64,000 nt of DNA from the human T2T-CHM13v2.0 reference genome, Homo sapiens: assembly GCF_009914755.1 (NCBI RefSeq), contig NC_060925.1; one strand, written 5' to 3'. Shown here one piece after another: positions 1 through 26,956 of the stretch. Positions within the stretch are counted from its first letter, which is position 1. Each line of letters starts with the position of its first letter. The notes below the pieces were generated by a model that saw only the letters and a program-made list of their open reading frames with translations, did not search any database and was not told the origin of the DNA. A program made the position numbers and the translations under genes.

Positions 1-1040
1 AGTCTTACCTTGGTTCTTCCCAAATCATCTTTACCTACTGTTGCTAAAGCTCATCTTCTATCAACATTTTCCTCTGTCCCCTACTCAAAAGCTCAGTAGC
101 TCCTTAAGTCTTGCACAACAAGCCTTGATTCTTCTGTGGGAATTTCAAACTCAATGTATTTTATCTCCAACCTTGTTTGCTACTATTCCCCAAATGGATT
201 TCTTTCCTGTCATGCTTATTTCTATTCTGTGATTTTCTTCATTATTTCCCCTTCTTTAGCCTCCAGAATTTTCTCTCCTTCATGCTACAGGGTTATACTA
301 TGGAGACAGAAAGTCCTAGTCTTAAATCATAGCTCCATTACCTTTTAGCTCAATGGTTTTGGGAGTAGGTTTCTTCATCAATCTGGTCTCAATTTTATCC
401 ATTGAATGGACATAAAAATACATCATCGTCACAGAATTAAACAAAATATGTGAAAAACCTACCCATACTGCTTAGGTCAAGGTATATACTTAATAAATGA
501 GTTCCCTTCTCACCTACCAATTTCCCAAATCTGACTCAAGTTCTATTCAAAATCTCACCTCCATCACAAAACCACCAAACATTTCCACCTTCATTTATTC
601 CTTCTCTAAACACCAACAGTACATTATATAGCACTTAATTTAGCACTTAATCATACGTTGTGTTGTACTGCTTCCTATTTTACCTCTTAATATATCTCTA
701 TGTCAACGGTAAGTTCTTTAATGATAGAGGACAACTCCTATCACACAGGAGTTATTCAATCAATACTTTATGATTAAATAATTGGCTGATTATGGCAGTT
801 ATGGCACTAATAACCGAGAGAGATGTCCAAATGGTGATTCCCATTTGTACTTTTTCTTTCTTACTCCTTTACCTCTTCACTTTCCCTGCTACTTGCCTTA
901 GGTAGGTCTCCCCTGATCTGGTTTCTCCCTTGCCTGTGCCAGACCTGCCAGTAGTGATTGTGGAAACGAGCTCAAGGGGTAGCACTCAGGATTAAAGTAG
1001 TACGCCCTGCCCAGACCCACTGCCTGCCCTCCAGCCTTAC

Positions 1041-1155
1041 CTGTGAAAAGTTCAGGGGCCATATGGATTGGTGTCCCCACAATGCTGCCTGACATCATGG
1101 CCTCTGGCTTGCAGAATCCTAAGTCAGTGATCTTGGCACGGTTCTGCTTATCCAG
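1041..1155 (-). CDS. DSTYK: DSTYK exon 11 (115 nt; DLG motif and activation loop GTPIHMAPE)
   Basis: [38 protein letters not shown]; acceptor tttgttggcAG, donor CAG|GTAAGG; cumulative 2467; remaining exons are outside the window. Confidence 0.96.
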
Positions 1156-1257
1156 CTGCCAACAAAGCAGGGCAAGAGTCACCTTGTTTCTGATCCTGCA
1201 CACAGCACTGCTGCGTACCTAAGCTCAAAGGTAGGTACCTCAAAGTAGTGTCACTGG

Positions 1258-2910
<1,653 letters not shown>

Positions 2911-2962
2911 TACTTCATAAATCCTGCCGCCAACCTTCCTGTCTCCAGGTTCATTTCCATTA

Positions 2963-3194
2963 CAGGTTGAGTATCCCTTATCTGAAAGGCTTGGAACCAG
3001 AAGTGTTTTGAATTTCATTTTTTTTTTTTCAGATTTTGGAATGTATCTATTATATTTGCTGATTCAGCACCTCTAATTAAAAATCCAAAATGCTCCAGTG
3101 AGCATTCCCTTTGAGGGTCATGTCAGTGCCCAGAAACTTTTGGATTTTGGAGCATTTTGGATTTGTAATTTTTGGATTAGGAATACTCAACCGG
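2963..3194 (+). mobile_element. Tigger4a/MER46-type MITE
   Basis: TIRs CAGGTTGAGTATCCC ... GGAATACTCAACCGG flanked by TA on both sides. Confidence 0.85.
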
Positions 3195-3774
3195 TACTGT
3201 CTTCCTCCCCATACTATGAGCAGCATGAGGGCAGGGATTGCTGTTTTCATCTTTGCATCCCCAGTGCTTAGCACAGTGCTTAGCCTGGTACATATGAAGA
3301 TCCTAAAAAACCCTGGAAGAATGAGGAAGTACAGGTCCATGGAAGGACACCAGGGAAACACTTCAGTGCCTGACTCTCCTCCTGACCCCAGGGCAGAAAG
3401 TTGAGGTCCTCCGGTCAGCTAAGGAGAGTTTCCTAAAGTCCCTGTAGTTTCCTTTCCTAAAGGTCGAAGAGAATAAGTATGTCTAATTTGGCTATTGATC
3501 AGCCTTTTAGGTTTCAGCTGTCAATTTTAGGGAGATCGTTCCCTTCCCCTAAATTGCTGTCATCTTTATAAATCATTTAAGTATTGCCAGAAACAACTTA
3601 ATGATATGCCAGTATACTTTCAAGAGGAGCAGGTCGAAAGATTCTTTAGAATTCAAATTACAGGACTGGAGGGTTCATGACCATCTCACCATTTAAGGTA
3701 CACTTACCCATCTCAGCCTTCATCCTACATCTCTGATCAAACCTTAAGCAATAACAAGGCTCAGACTCCTCAAA

Positions 3775-4560
3775 GGCAGAAAGACTATTCTAGATTAAAG
3801 GAGACTAAAGAAACATGACAACAAAATATACTATATATTTCCTGGATTGGATCCTGTATCAAACAAACAAACATACCATATTTAGGGCAACTGAACATAT
3901 TTGGGACAACTGAAAAATGTTAATATAGATTACATATTAAATAATAGTATTGTATCAATGTTAAATTTCTTGGGTATGATAATGACACTTTGATTATGTA
4001 GAACAATGTCCTTTTTCTTAGGAGATACTTAGGAATAAAATGTTTTCTGTAACTTACTTTCTTTTTGTGTGTGTGTGTGTGGCAGGGTCTCACTCTGTCA
4101 CCAGGCTCCAGCCTGGTGCAGTGGTGCAATCTTGGCTTACTGCAACCTCTGCCTCCAGGGTTCAAGCGATTCTCCTGCCTCAGCCTCCTAAGTAGCTGGG
4201 ACTACAGGCATGCACACGCCTGGCTAACTTTTTTTTTTTTTTTTTTGTATTTTTGGTAGAGACAGGGTTTTACCATGTTGGCCAGGCTGGTCTCGAACTC
4301 CTGACCTCAGGTGATTCACCCACCTTGGCCTCCCAAAGTGCTCGGATTACAGGCATAAGCCACTGTGCCTGGCCTTGTAACTTAATTTCATATAGCTCAG
4401 TAAAAAAGTATGCACACGTGTGTGTGTGTGTGTGTGTGTGTGTGCATGTATAGAGAGAAAGAGAGAGCGTACATTTTGGAGAAAAGAATATGAGTTTGGG
4501 TGAAGGGTATATGGGTCTTCATTGTACCACTCTTCCATAAGTTTAACATTTTTCAAAACA
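3775..4560 (+). mobile_element. Old L1 (L1MC/ME) 3' fragment split by antisense Alu (4082-4374) and (GT)n
   Basis: CTAGATTAAAGGAGACTAAAGAAACATGACAAC...GTATTGTATCAATGTTAAATTTC motifs. Confidence 0.6.
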
Positions 4561-4672
4561 GTGTAGGGGGAAAAAACCTTACACAACATCAGCTAGGTCT
4601 ATGATGAAACTCCTCCCTAAGCTTTAAGTCTCACACACCATCTTTCACCATGCTGTCAACTCTACTACTTTC

Positions 4673-7519
<2,847 letters not shown>

Positions 7520-7627
7520 CTTTCTGTGAGGACTTTTCTTAGGATCTAACTTACATTTACATGTACCCTCCAAAATCACTCAGCCACAGAGGTAGGGTAT
7601 AATCTTGGGGAAACAGCTTTTACTTAC

Positions 7628-7741
7628 CAGCACATTTTTCAGTTTGATATCACGATGGACAAGTCCCTGGCTGTGCAGGAAGCGGATTCCCTCCACCACA
7701 TCTAGTGCTATCTGCAAACGTGTCTCCAGGGTCAGCCCAGC
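7628..7741 (-). CDS. DSTYK: DSTYK exon 10 (114 nt; catalytic loop HRDIKLKN, D777)
   Basis: [38 protein letters not shown]; acceptor ctccccaAG, donor CTG|GTAAGT; phase 0-0; cumulative 2352. Confidence 0.96.
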
Positions 7742-7911
7742 CTTGGGGAGACAAAAGAGCTTACTTGTCATGATAAGGCAACTCCTCAATTCAACTGACT
7801 ATACTAGGGCACATGAGGACAGAAAAGTGATTTTTAAAAAGGGGAAGAGCCGGGCACAGTGGCTCATGCCTGTAACCCCAGCACTTAGGGAGGCCAAGGT
7901 CAAGAATTTCA

Positions 7912-8265
<354 letters not shown>

Positions 8266-9902
8266 CTAGCAGATAGAACCAAACAACTAAGGCATGAGCT
8301 CATTTCTAACACTTGAAAAAATTCTGGAACTGCCCTTGAGGCTCAAAGTGACTATTTCTAGGTCCCTCAGGAAGATTTATTTCCATTGCTTTACAGGCCT
8401 GGTTAGCCCAGGTTTGGTTTTATGGATTCAAATACCAAAGTCACTCATATTACTTCAATTCAGGGTCTCCTGAATACTGGAAAATGTCACATCACTCATT
8501 CAAAAGCTCAAAGGACATTCTCTAGCTCACTTGTGGAAATGCATCAGACAATGCTTAACTCCTCTGAAATGAAGAGGGAAAGCTGCTTGGAGAGTCATTT
8601 TCTTCATCATATTGATTCCTCATGACTCTGGGAAGCATTTCTAAGGTTTCCTCTGCCCTACTTCTGGAAGCCTCCATATAAACTGGTCCAAGAGGAATCT
8701 GTGAGAAGGGATCTACTCGGAGACTCTGAGGTCAGCTTTTCTCTCCTTCTACTCAGCTCCTACATAGGGAACAGACAAAAGAAACCTCTCTAATTCCCTC
8801 TTGGTGGTTTAGATAAGGGAAACTCAACATCCAACTGAGGGTTTCACCTTCACTCAAATAAAATCCTTTAGTAGCTTCTCACAGTCTATAACAGAATTCG
8901 AATTCTATGGAAATTCTTAACATTTTGGGTCTTATATAATTTGTTCCCAACATCTCTTTGCACATTATGTCTCCTGATTCCCAAAATGAACCAGCTGCTC
9001 CAATGTGCCCAGTGTCCTTACCGGCCTTCGAATGCTCTAGGCATTAAGCTGTTCCTTCCCCTTGCTATGGCCTCTTCCTTCCACTGCCCAAATTCTACCC
9101 ATCATGGTATATTTGTCAAACTCAAACGCCACATCTTCCTGAAATGGTTGCTGACTACAATTCTCTTAATAGTGCCTGTCAATTATACCTTCTGATATCC
9201 TCTAATGGTGCTTAATGCTGGACCTTGTACAAAGCAGTCACTAATAAATATCTGTTGACTAAACAACAAAAACTAGCTTTATCCTCTTACAGCAAAAATG
9301 AGAAAGAAGAGCAGAGTTACAGGAAGCTATACTGCTCTTCTAAGGAGTTTAGATTTTTACTACCACCACAGGGGTCTGAGTGGTGATGACAGTATTCTGG
9401 GCATATAATGGGGTGAAAATAGGTTCTGATAAATCTTTAAAATTTTTTTTTTTTTATTTTTAGAGATAGGGTCTTGCTCTGTCACCCAGGCTAGGGTGCA
9501 GTGGCATGATCATAGCTCATTGCAGTCTCAACCTCCTAAGCGCAAGAGATCCTCCCAGCTCAGCACCCTCAAGTAGCTGGGACTACAGGTATGAGCCACC
9601 ATACTCAGCTAACTTTTAATTTTTTATAGAGACGAAGTCTCCCTCTATTGCCCAGACTCGTCTCAAACTCCTGGACTCAAGTGATCCTCCCACCTTGGCC
9701 TCCCCACGTGCTGGGATTACAGGGGTGAGCCACCATGCCCAGCTGAGAAATCTTTAAGGGTTTTTGGAAATAAGTGAAATAAACCCTAATTACTCCAACA
9801 ATCTCTGATGAAAGCTAAAAGCTCTTAATAAACAGGAGAGGATGAGTGGCCAGAAAGGAACCCGTGGATTTGGCTGCCAGCTGGATCTTGCTCTCTCCTT
9901 AC

Positions 9903-10035
9903 CTTCAGCCCTGTGTAGAGATCCCGGTGTAGCCGCTCCATAATGAGGAGCACAGCAATGCTGGAGCCACCACCATAGTTGTAGTCAATGACTGAACCAT
10001 GGAGATCCACCAATCGCTCATGCTTCGGCAGAGAC
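9903..10035 (-). CDS. DSTYK: DSTYK exon 9 (133 nt, [44 protein letters not shown])
   Basis: ccttccctccAG acceptor, AG+G = Arg, donor AAG|GTAAGG; cumulative 2238. Confidence 0.96.
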
Positions 10036-10469
10036 CTGGAGGGAAGGAGAGAGATCTGGGCTACAAGGCTTGGGCTCTAATCCTGCATGCCATGCCACAA
10101 TGTATGAGACAATAATTTCCAGACCATGCTTAGGACAGGTCCAGAGGTAATGGCCCTCAGTGCAGACAGAGCCCTCAGTACAGACAGAGCATGGCCTCTT
10201 CAACAAGGATGAAGAATCCTGGATTCTAAAAACTGATAAGGCTTAAGGACTAAAGAAGAAAGTTAAATGGAATGATGAGTCTGAGAAATTAGGATGGTGG
10301 GGAAAGAGCAAGCAAAGACAGTAAAGGCCTGAAAGGGAGCACATGTCTGTTAGACACAGAAAACTAAATATAGAGAGGCCATGCTGTAGCTCTTGGTACA
10401 AAATCTAAACCAGGGTTCTAGATTCTTCTCTGGATCTTTCTCATAGAGATGAATGAGGCCAGGACCCAC

Positions 10470-10928
<459 letters not shown>

Positions 10929-11613
10929 TGATCCACCCACCGTGGCCTCCCAAAGTACTGGGATTACAGGCATAAGCCACCATGCTGGCCCTGTAACATT
11001 CTTCATTGTGAACCTGCCTTTAGGGTCAGGAAGCTGTAATCAAGCCCAGGGATAAAATTCTAGTGTCATTCTAACCCAATAGAAAATAATCTAACTGGTT
11101 TAATTCAAATAAACTGTGGTTATGTGGTTTTTTGTTTTTTGTTGTTTTTTTTTTTGGAGACAGAGTCTTGCTCTGTCACCCAGGCTGCAGTGCAGTGGTA
11201 TGATCTTGGCTCACTGCAACCTCTACTTCCTGGGTTCAAGTGAATCTTCTGCCTGAGCCTCCTGAGGAGCTGGGGTTGCAAAGTGCCACCACGCCCAGCT
11301 AATTTTTTTAGTAGAGATGGGGTCTTGCCATATCGCCTAGGCTGGTCTTGAACTTCTGAGCTCAGGCAGTCCACCCACCTCAGCCTCCCAAAGTACTAAG
11401 ATTACAGGTGTGAGCCACCACACCTGGCCTGGTCATGTTATTTGAACTATATAAATAGCAGGAAGAGACTTTAGGAATTCAAAAACATCAGTAAGGGTTT
11501 AGGCAGCTTTGCAAAGAAGCAGCTTTAGACACTAGGATTCTCTGAGGCTGGACATAAGAATGTCAGGTATCCTGAACCATCCTCCAGTTTATCTAGAAGA
11601 AAACCAGACTCAC

Positions 11614-11743
11614 GATGAAGCAAGACATCCTGTAAAGAACGGCTTTCCAGAGAAAGGCGGGCCAGGCGGGGAGCATGATCTTTCCGAACCCTCAGCCATA
11701 GATCTTCCGTTTTCTCTAACCGGCCTGAGTGGCCAGCTTCCAG
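11614..11743 (-). CDS. DSTYK: DSTYK exon 7 (130 nt, [43 protein letters not shown])
   Basis: Translated manually; acceptor ttctctcccAG, donor ATC|GTGAGT; cumulative 1948. Confidence 0.94.
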
Positions 11744-12393
11744 CTGGGAGAGAAACAGAAAAAGTACATATGACTTAAGTCCCTAGCTTCAGCTTCCTCA
11801 CCTGTTATACAGGGATAATAATATCTACTTCATATAGATAATTGTGAGAATTAAACAAGATACATGTAACATGTTTAGCACAGAGACTGGCACAGAGTAG
11901 ACTCTCAATAAATAATAACTTTTCCTCCTGGATGCATACTCACATCTATCCACTCTCTGCCTGGACACACCCACTCCCCGCCAGTGGACAATCAGATGTC
12001 AAACAATTATGAAATATAGAAGTTGGAAAGTCATGTCCTTCTGTCATTTGTTCCTAAAATACTATATAAACATACAAAATTCCTACTCCTATTATCTTTC
12101 CTCACTCTGAAATGGGCAGGAATTAACTGAGCTCACTCCATTCTCCCGAGAGTTAGGAAAATATCCACATGAAAAATTTATTGAAAAAACTTCCTATAAC
12201 AATCTAGAAAGAAAATATACTGATGATTTTAATATACATATGTGTGTGTGTGTATATATATGTGTATATATATGTATACACACACAGACACACACACACA
12301 TATTATATATGAAGAGCGGAGAGCGAAATATTCCCATCTGGATGAGGCTCTTCTCTGCTTGATCCAGCTGTATCTCCTTTCCTACATACCAAC

Positions 12394-12570
12394 CTGCCGC
12401 AAGGAGGCTGCAAAAGCCTCGTGGGAACTATTGAGCCGAGTCCGGAATTGGCTGCAAATGCTCTTAGCCAATTTGGAGGCGCTGAGGCTCTCAATGGCTT
12501 CCTGGGCCACCTTCCTCTTCCATTCCAGAGTGATGGCAGGTGGGCTCACCCATGTGATGCGCTGGATGAT
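12394..12570 (-). CDS. DSTYK: DSTYK exon 6 (177 nt, [29 protein letters not shown]...AASLRQ)
   Basis: Translated manually (not called in ORF track); acceptor cttcatcctggtAG, donor CAG|GTTGGT; phase 0-0; cumulative 1818. Confidence 0.93.
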
Positions 12571-13280
12571 CTACCAGGATGAAGACAGCGAGATCACCAA
12601 GGAATGAGAGACAAGAACCACTACAAAGATCCAGTGTCCTTCCTTTTCTGGGTTACCCATTCATTAAGAGCAGGCTCATAAGATGGGAGCCATACGAAGT
12701 CCAAAGTTCCTTTCCAATTCCATCTACCACAAAATCAGGTCCTAGCCCAGAGAAAAGCATCAAAGAACACCAGGCCTAGTCTACATGCTCACAAACCCTC
12801 AATATATTACATTCAGTGCCAGGGAGTGCCTGATAATCTTTCTGAAGTCAGTAAATAACTCTACATAAGAGCCAGATCAAATTCCAGAACAGAAACCACA
12901 TTCACAGCCTCTGGCAACAACAAAGCCTAGTTCTGAGAAAAGATTTAGGCTGGGAAAAAGAAATATGAAGAAGCTAGTGTGGTAGAGTCTTATGGCTCCA
13001 TGAAATATCATTTATCTTTTTTTTCTATTTTTCCATTGTCCACAAAGAGCACCCAACATAAAAATCATTTAAACCCAAAACTTCTGAGAGTTCAAGGGAA
13101 CAATGTTAATAATTATTTAAGAATAGGCATAAACCAGAATTCTCCCAGGCAGGCAAACCAGAACAAATGGTCACCCTGCCTTAACAGAAGATCCTAGATA
13201 TCTGTTTCCTACTGGGGTCACTATGATTCATTTGAGCCAACTAGGGGCTTTGAAATCTTTCTCTAAGTAATAATCCCTAC

Positions 13281-13364
13281 CTGTTTGATTTGCTCCCATA
13301 GCATCCTTGTAACTGACGACCCTGAGTGAAACGTGACTTCAACATGATAGGCAGCATTTAAGAT
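13281..13364 (-). CDS. DSTYK: DSTYK exon 5 (84 nt, [28 protein letters not shown])
   Basis: ctctttcAG acceptor, donor CAG|GTAGGG; phase 0-0; cumulative 1641. Confidence 0.95.
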
Positions 13365-13507
13365 CTGAAAGAGACAACGCCAAAGAAAACATGTCCTCAG
13401 TAGTGTGGCTATTTTAAAAATGCAATAAATGATACTTATTTCAAGAACACAGTCCAGACTCAGGGTTTCCAAACTTACCCCTCAATATATATGCAGAGTC
13501 AACTTAA

Positions 13508-13877
<370 letters not shown>

Positions 13878-14081
13878 TATATTCATCAACTTAACTGCAG
13901 TTTTACAGCTCACCAACATCTCCCACAGGCAGTGGTCATGTGACAGGAAAACAAAATAAAATTCAAACAAGATTCGCAAGAAGCTGAAAGGGAAATTCTT
14001 GCCTAATTTGAAGTGTGGACTTGTGCAGATTTTTCATGTGCTATCTATGACACGATGTCTTAAAAATCATTCTTTGTCTAC

Positions 14082-14314
14082 CTGTTTGAGATAATTACTG
14101 GTGATGTGAACTGAGACATCCTGAGACTTCTCCAGGCTCTGCAGACATCGTTCCAGGGTTCCGACGAAGCTTTCCCTCAGGTAATCCACTGAGCTGATCA
14201 GCTTATTAGCCACTGCCTGATTAAGTCGGGAGATGATGAGTTCCTGGATCTGTCGGATGCAGCATTTGATCTCTCTGGTGCCTACTGGTTCTCCATTCTC
14301 AGGGACAATGACGT
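14082..14314 (-). CDS. DSTYK: DSTYK exon 4 (233 nt, [19 protein letters not shown]...SNYLKQ)
   Basis: ctccatAG acceptor, G+AC = Asp, donor CAG|GTAGAC; cumulative 1557. Confidence 0.96.
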
Positions 14315-14529
14315 CTATGGAGGCAGAGAAATAAGCTGAATAGTTGTGAGGAAGAAGGGGCAGACACACTAAATAAAGTCATCTCCCAAATCAGAACCAT
14401 GGAACTACCGTGATGATGATGGCTGCAAAAAGACATGATTCGTTGATGATGTCTAACTCTCACAATGATCAGGGGTCACGTAACCCTCAACTACTAAAGG
14501 CAGCTAAGATCCTGAGAAGAAGCAATTAA

Positions 14530-18483
<3,954 letters not shown>

Positions 18484-18609
18484 TCAGTACTTGGCAACTG
18501 ATTAGCCAAGGGAAGACAATTCAAGACCATGCTGAGGTTTTGAAGGTGGGTACCAGGAAGAAGGTGGCATCAGTAACTGGAAACAGATTAAGAAGCAGTA
18601 AAGGATGGA

Positions 18610-18900
18610 AATTAAGAATATGGGCTCAGGAATCAGACTGTCTGGATTCAAATCCTGCCTCTAATATTTACTAGCTGTGTGACCCTGGGCAAATTACTTA
18701 CTCTTTCTAAGCCTTAGTCCCTCATCTAGAAAAAGGAAATAAGCAGAATCTACCTAGGGAGGTTATTTTTTAAAAATACTGATGCTGGGTCCCATGTCAG
18801 AAATCGTGAATAAGTCTGCAGTCATCTTTAGTGGTCTTGAGCATGTGTATTTTCAGAAAGCCTCCCAAGGGATTAGGATACTCACAACTGAGACTCTAAA
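18610..18900. mobile_element. MIR followed by MER5-like fragment
   Basis: CAGACTGTCTGGATTCAAATCCTGCCTC...GTGACCCTGGGCAAATTACTT core MIR; AAAATACTGATGCTGGGTCCC MER5-like. Further MIR/L2 fragments at ~330-500, 11780-11910, 15160-15370, 17220-18180, 20590-20905, 41770-41920, 62870-63010. Confidence 0.65.
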
Positions 18901-19522
18901 GGGTAACTTGCAAACCATGTCATTTTAATCTTGCATGGAGGTTTATACAGAAGTCAGTATACAAAATCAGCAGCATCTCAGACACCCAAAGACCTGACCA
19001 ATCACTTTCACCCAATTTTGTTAGTAGCCATTTGTGAAGAATAGGACTGTCAAAAGGCTAAAAACACAACTTTGGGAAATCCTCCTGATGTGGGCTTCAG
19101 AAGCAGCCTGAAAGGAAATTAGACCATGAGACAAAAAGAACCAATAAAGAGGCATGAGCCATACTGCAGGAGCAAAGGTTAAAGCACAATTTACTAACAT
19201 TCTCCAAGCAGCTCTTCTCCAGCTCCATTAGGGGTTGAGGGGGTACAGGCAGAAAGTGGAGATTACAGAGCTATTAGGATGAATTTACCAAAAGTTGAGC
19301 TAATGTTCTTGGGAAGGAATGAGGGTGGAATCTTCCACAATGATCTTTGAGAGCAAGAGAGGCCACCTTGGCTAAATAGTGGGCTCCTGCTGGTAACAGT
19401 GGGGTGGATGAAGTTACCCTGAGATTCCTTTAACCTTAGGAATTAACGTTCTTAATTTCCGGCTAGAAAATGGTTAGAGACTCCTCCCGTGCCAGCACCC
19501 CAACAAGCTCTCTGGGACCTAC

Positions 19523-20192
19523 CTTTAAACTCCATGTTAGTAGCATCATCCAGAAGTTCCTCCTTCATGGTATTAAGTGTCTCAACAATCATATCCTTCA
19601 TTTCCTCCTGCTTTCGGTTGGCAATATTCATCAATGATTCATACAACTCATTCTCCTTTTTTCGAGTATATTCCAGACGTTTGGGAGTGATCTGCAGGTC
19701 CCGCTGCATGTCAAATGCCTGGTTAATAAAGATGTCAAGGCAGTGGCAGTGCACCAGGTTCAGGGCCTTGGCTGCATCCACCAGGCGAGTCTGTAACACC
19801 TGGTGAGAAAATGTGCTCAAGTGTCTCAGCTTTTCACTCTGTTCCACCAACATGCTCTGAGCTTTAGTATCCTGGCCAGGAGCCCCACAGTTCCAGTGAC
19901 TGCTGCTCAGATAGCCCAGGTCAATTAGCTGGCGATAAAGCGGTGATCTTTCGCTCTCCATTCTCCTGGTTGAGGAGTCTATTATCTCCGAGCCCAGTTT
20001 CGGCACTTTGAAAAAGAATACAGGAAAGGAGAAATACTTTCGGATTTCCTGAAGCTCTTGCTCATCCCTCTCAGAGAGTTCATCTTTGTGGAGTGCATAG
20101 GTTATCACAGGCAAGAAATCATTCACCAAGTCACCCAGAACATCCACTGTGGGCCGGAGGCCTTGGCATGGTGCTACCACAACGTCCACTTC
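19523..20192 (-). CDS. DSTYK: DSTYK exon 3 (670 nt, [11 protein letters not shown]...DATNMEFK)
   Basis: ccccttccAG acceptor, open frame in ORF 19452..20213, donor AAG|GTAGGT; phase 0 to 1; cumulative 1324. Confidence 0.97.
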
Positions 20193-21531
20193 CTGGAAGG
20201 GGAAGGGGGTCATATATCAGCGCCTCAGGGTCAGAACCAATCCCTGTCTCCCCAAAGTCCCACACTGAGACCAAAATCCTGATCTACAATGGAACAATTG
20301 GACTTCGGTACCCCAGCCATTGATCCACCTCCTTCCTCGGTTACCAACACTCCCTGGTGCAGCCTATGAAGGCAGGCACTCATCTAGAGAGAGTGAAAAA
20401 ACAAAGAAGTAGAAAGGATGGCAACCCCTTTAGCCATCAGATTAAAAAAAAATTTTGGTCTCTGCCTTCCTTTATTGCTTAGACATTCCCACTGATTCCC
20501 TCTGATGAAGAATTAAGACAAATAATGGAAGAAAAAGGAATTGTAATGGAAATTATCAGACTGGGAGTGAGTCGACCTGGGGCACTCCTCCCCCTCTTGC
20601 TCTCCTCTGACACCTCCATCCCTGCCATTCTGACCTGGCTAACTCCTAAGCATCCTTTAAGTTTCAATGTATATGTTATGACATATCCTTATAGAGCCTT
20701 TCCTATCACACAGCCCCAACCAAGCACACTTTACTTCCCTCTTCTTAAGGTTCAACATATTTATAATCCACTTCTTTAAAACCTTTCTTTCCCCCATGGG
20801 TCTGTAAACTCTTTGAGGGCAGGGACTGGGTCTATTTTGCTTACTATCGTAGCTCCAGTGCCTAGCATGTGGTAAGTCCTAAATACTGTTGAATTAATCA
20901 ATTAAGCAGGAAACGAAAAGCCAGGTTCACCAAACATTATTACTGTCCTGTTCTGAGTCTGTAGATATCCCGAAGTCTTAGCAACCTAAGTCTAAGAAAT
21001 ACCTTTAGGAATATGATCGATCACTTGGTATGGCAGAGACCAAGGTTTGCCTATCCAATATCTAGTCTCCATGTTATAAGTGAAGGCAATGTCCTTTACA
21101 GATAGGGGTATCCGATAAGTGGGTGGGGTTTCCAGGAAAGCCCTTTAGGGTACAGGGGGTGGATTCTACCAGGAAATATGTCCTTTGGCCTTGTCCTTCT
21201 TCCTGCTTGGAGCACAGATGTGACAGCTAGAACAGCAGCGATCACTCAGCAGCCCTAAGGCAAACCTGATGGTGGAAGCCAGCACTAAAGATGATGACAC
21301 CAAAAGAAAGAGGGAGCTTAGGTCTCTGGTGATCACAGAACTGCCATGCCAGCTCTCAGTTACCTAGCTTCAGACTTCTTTCATGTAAGGAAAAAAAAAA
21401 AAAAACCCAAAAACTCTATCTTTAAGTTCCTGGTTTTTTTGTGTTTGTTTGTTTGATGATCTGTTACAATTGAACCTAATCCTAACTGAAATACCCAAGT
21501 TTGCTAAAGTGAGTTTCGAGAATGATCTTTA

Positions 21532-25754
<4,223 letters not shown>

Positions 25755-26599
25755 AGAAGCTGCCTATTCCTAAATATACCTTGTACTAAACAAAAATGGA
25801 TAGAAAACAGGTATCATGCTCTGTCTTCTCCCTTCCCCAGTTGACCAACATGTGCAGTTGGTCTCACTGCTCTGAGTATCATGATTGTCAGAAGATAGGC
25901 AAAGAGCTGCTGGCAGAGACCCTGGCAGCAGTACGAATTAGGCTGGAATGTGATATGCGATTCTGCAATACTCAGTGAAGGGATGACTCATGCTTGACGG
26001 TTATAAACAAAAAAGGACGCCAACACTGTTTCCTGGAGACAGGGAGTGAAAAAATAAAAATTAATATAAAGAGGATGAGCCAGAGCTGTTATGGGCCTTA
26101 GTATGGCCACCTGAGAGGGAAGTCTGACCTCAGACTGTTTCATGGATGGCTATATACCTTCTTAGCACCTAGAACAGTGCCTGGCACTTAGTAAGCATCC
26201 AATAAATAAACATGGAATGAATTAATGAAGAAATGATGCTTAAAGCCACTTTCAATCGGCATATGTAAAATCTTCTATCTTTCAACTCCCATCCCACACA
26301 TTTTATCCCACACATTTATCTGAAATTGCATTTGCCTCTACTCCAAGAATAAAGCAATGAGTAAGCATTTTGCTCCTAACTCAATCAAGTAAAAAGAATC
26401 TCAAGGAATCATGACAATAACCCATAATTCCTATATTGAGTCATAGTGAATTCCTAAAGAGATTTCTCTTGTAGAACGCATTCTGCATAAATCTGTGGAG
26501 TTTACAGAAGTTGATCTGTTACCACCCATTTTCTCGGCATGATTAAGAAATGCAATAGAGGCTGGGTGCAGTGATTCACGCCTGTAATCCCAGCATTTA

Positions 26600-26956
<357 letters not shown>

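Noticed and set aside
1-12. Strong donor-like AAG|GTAAGA on the minus strand at the window edge
   Set aside because: Upstream sequence does not encode the next kinase subdomains and has no clear acceptor; not DSTYK exon 12.
19489-19806. Plus-strand ORFs over exons 3, 6, 2, 8 and 10
   Set aside because: Antisense shadows of real coding exons.
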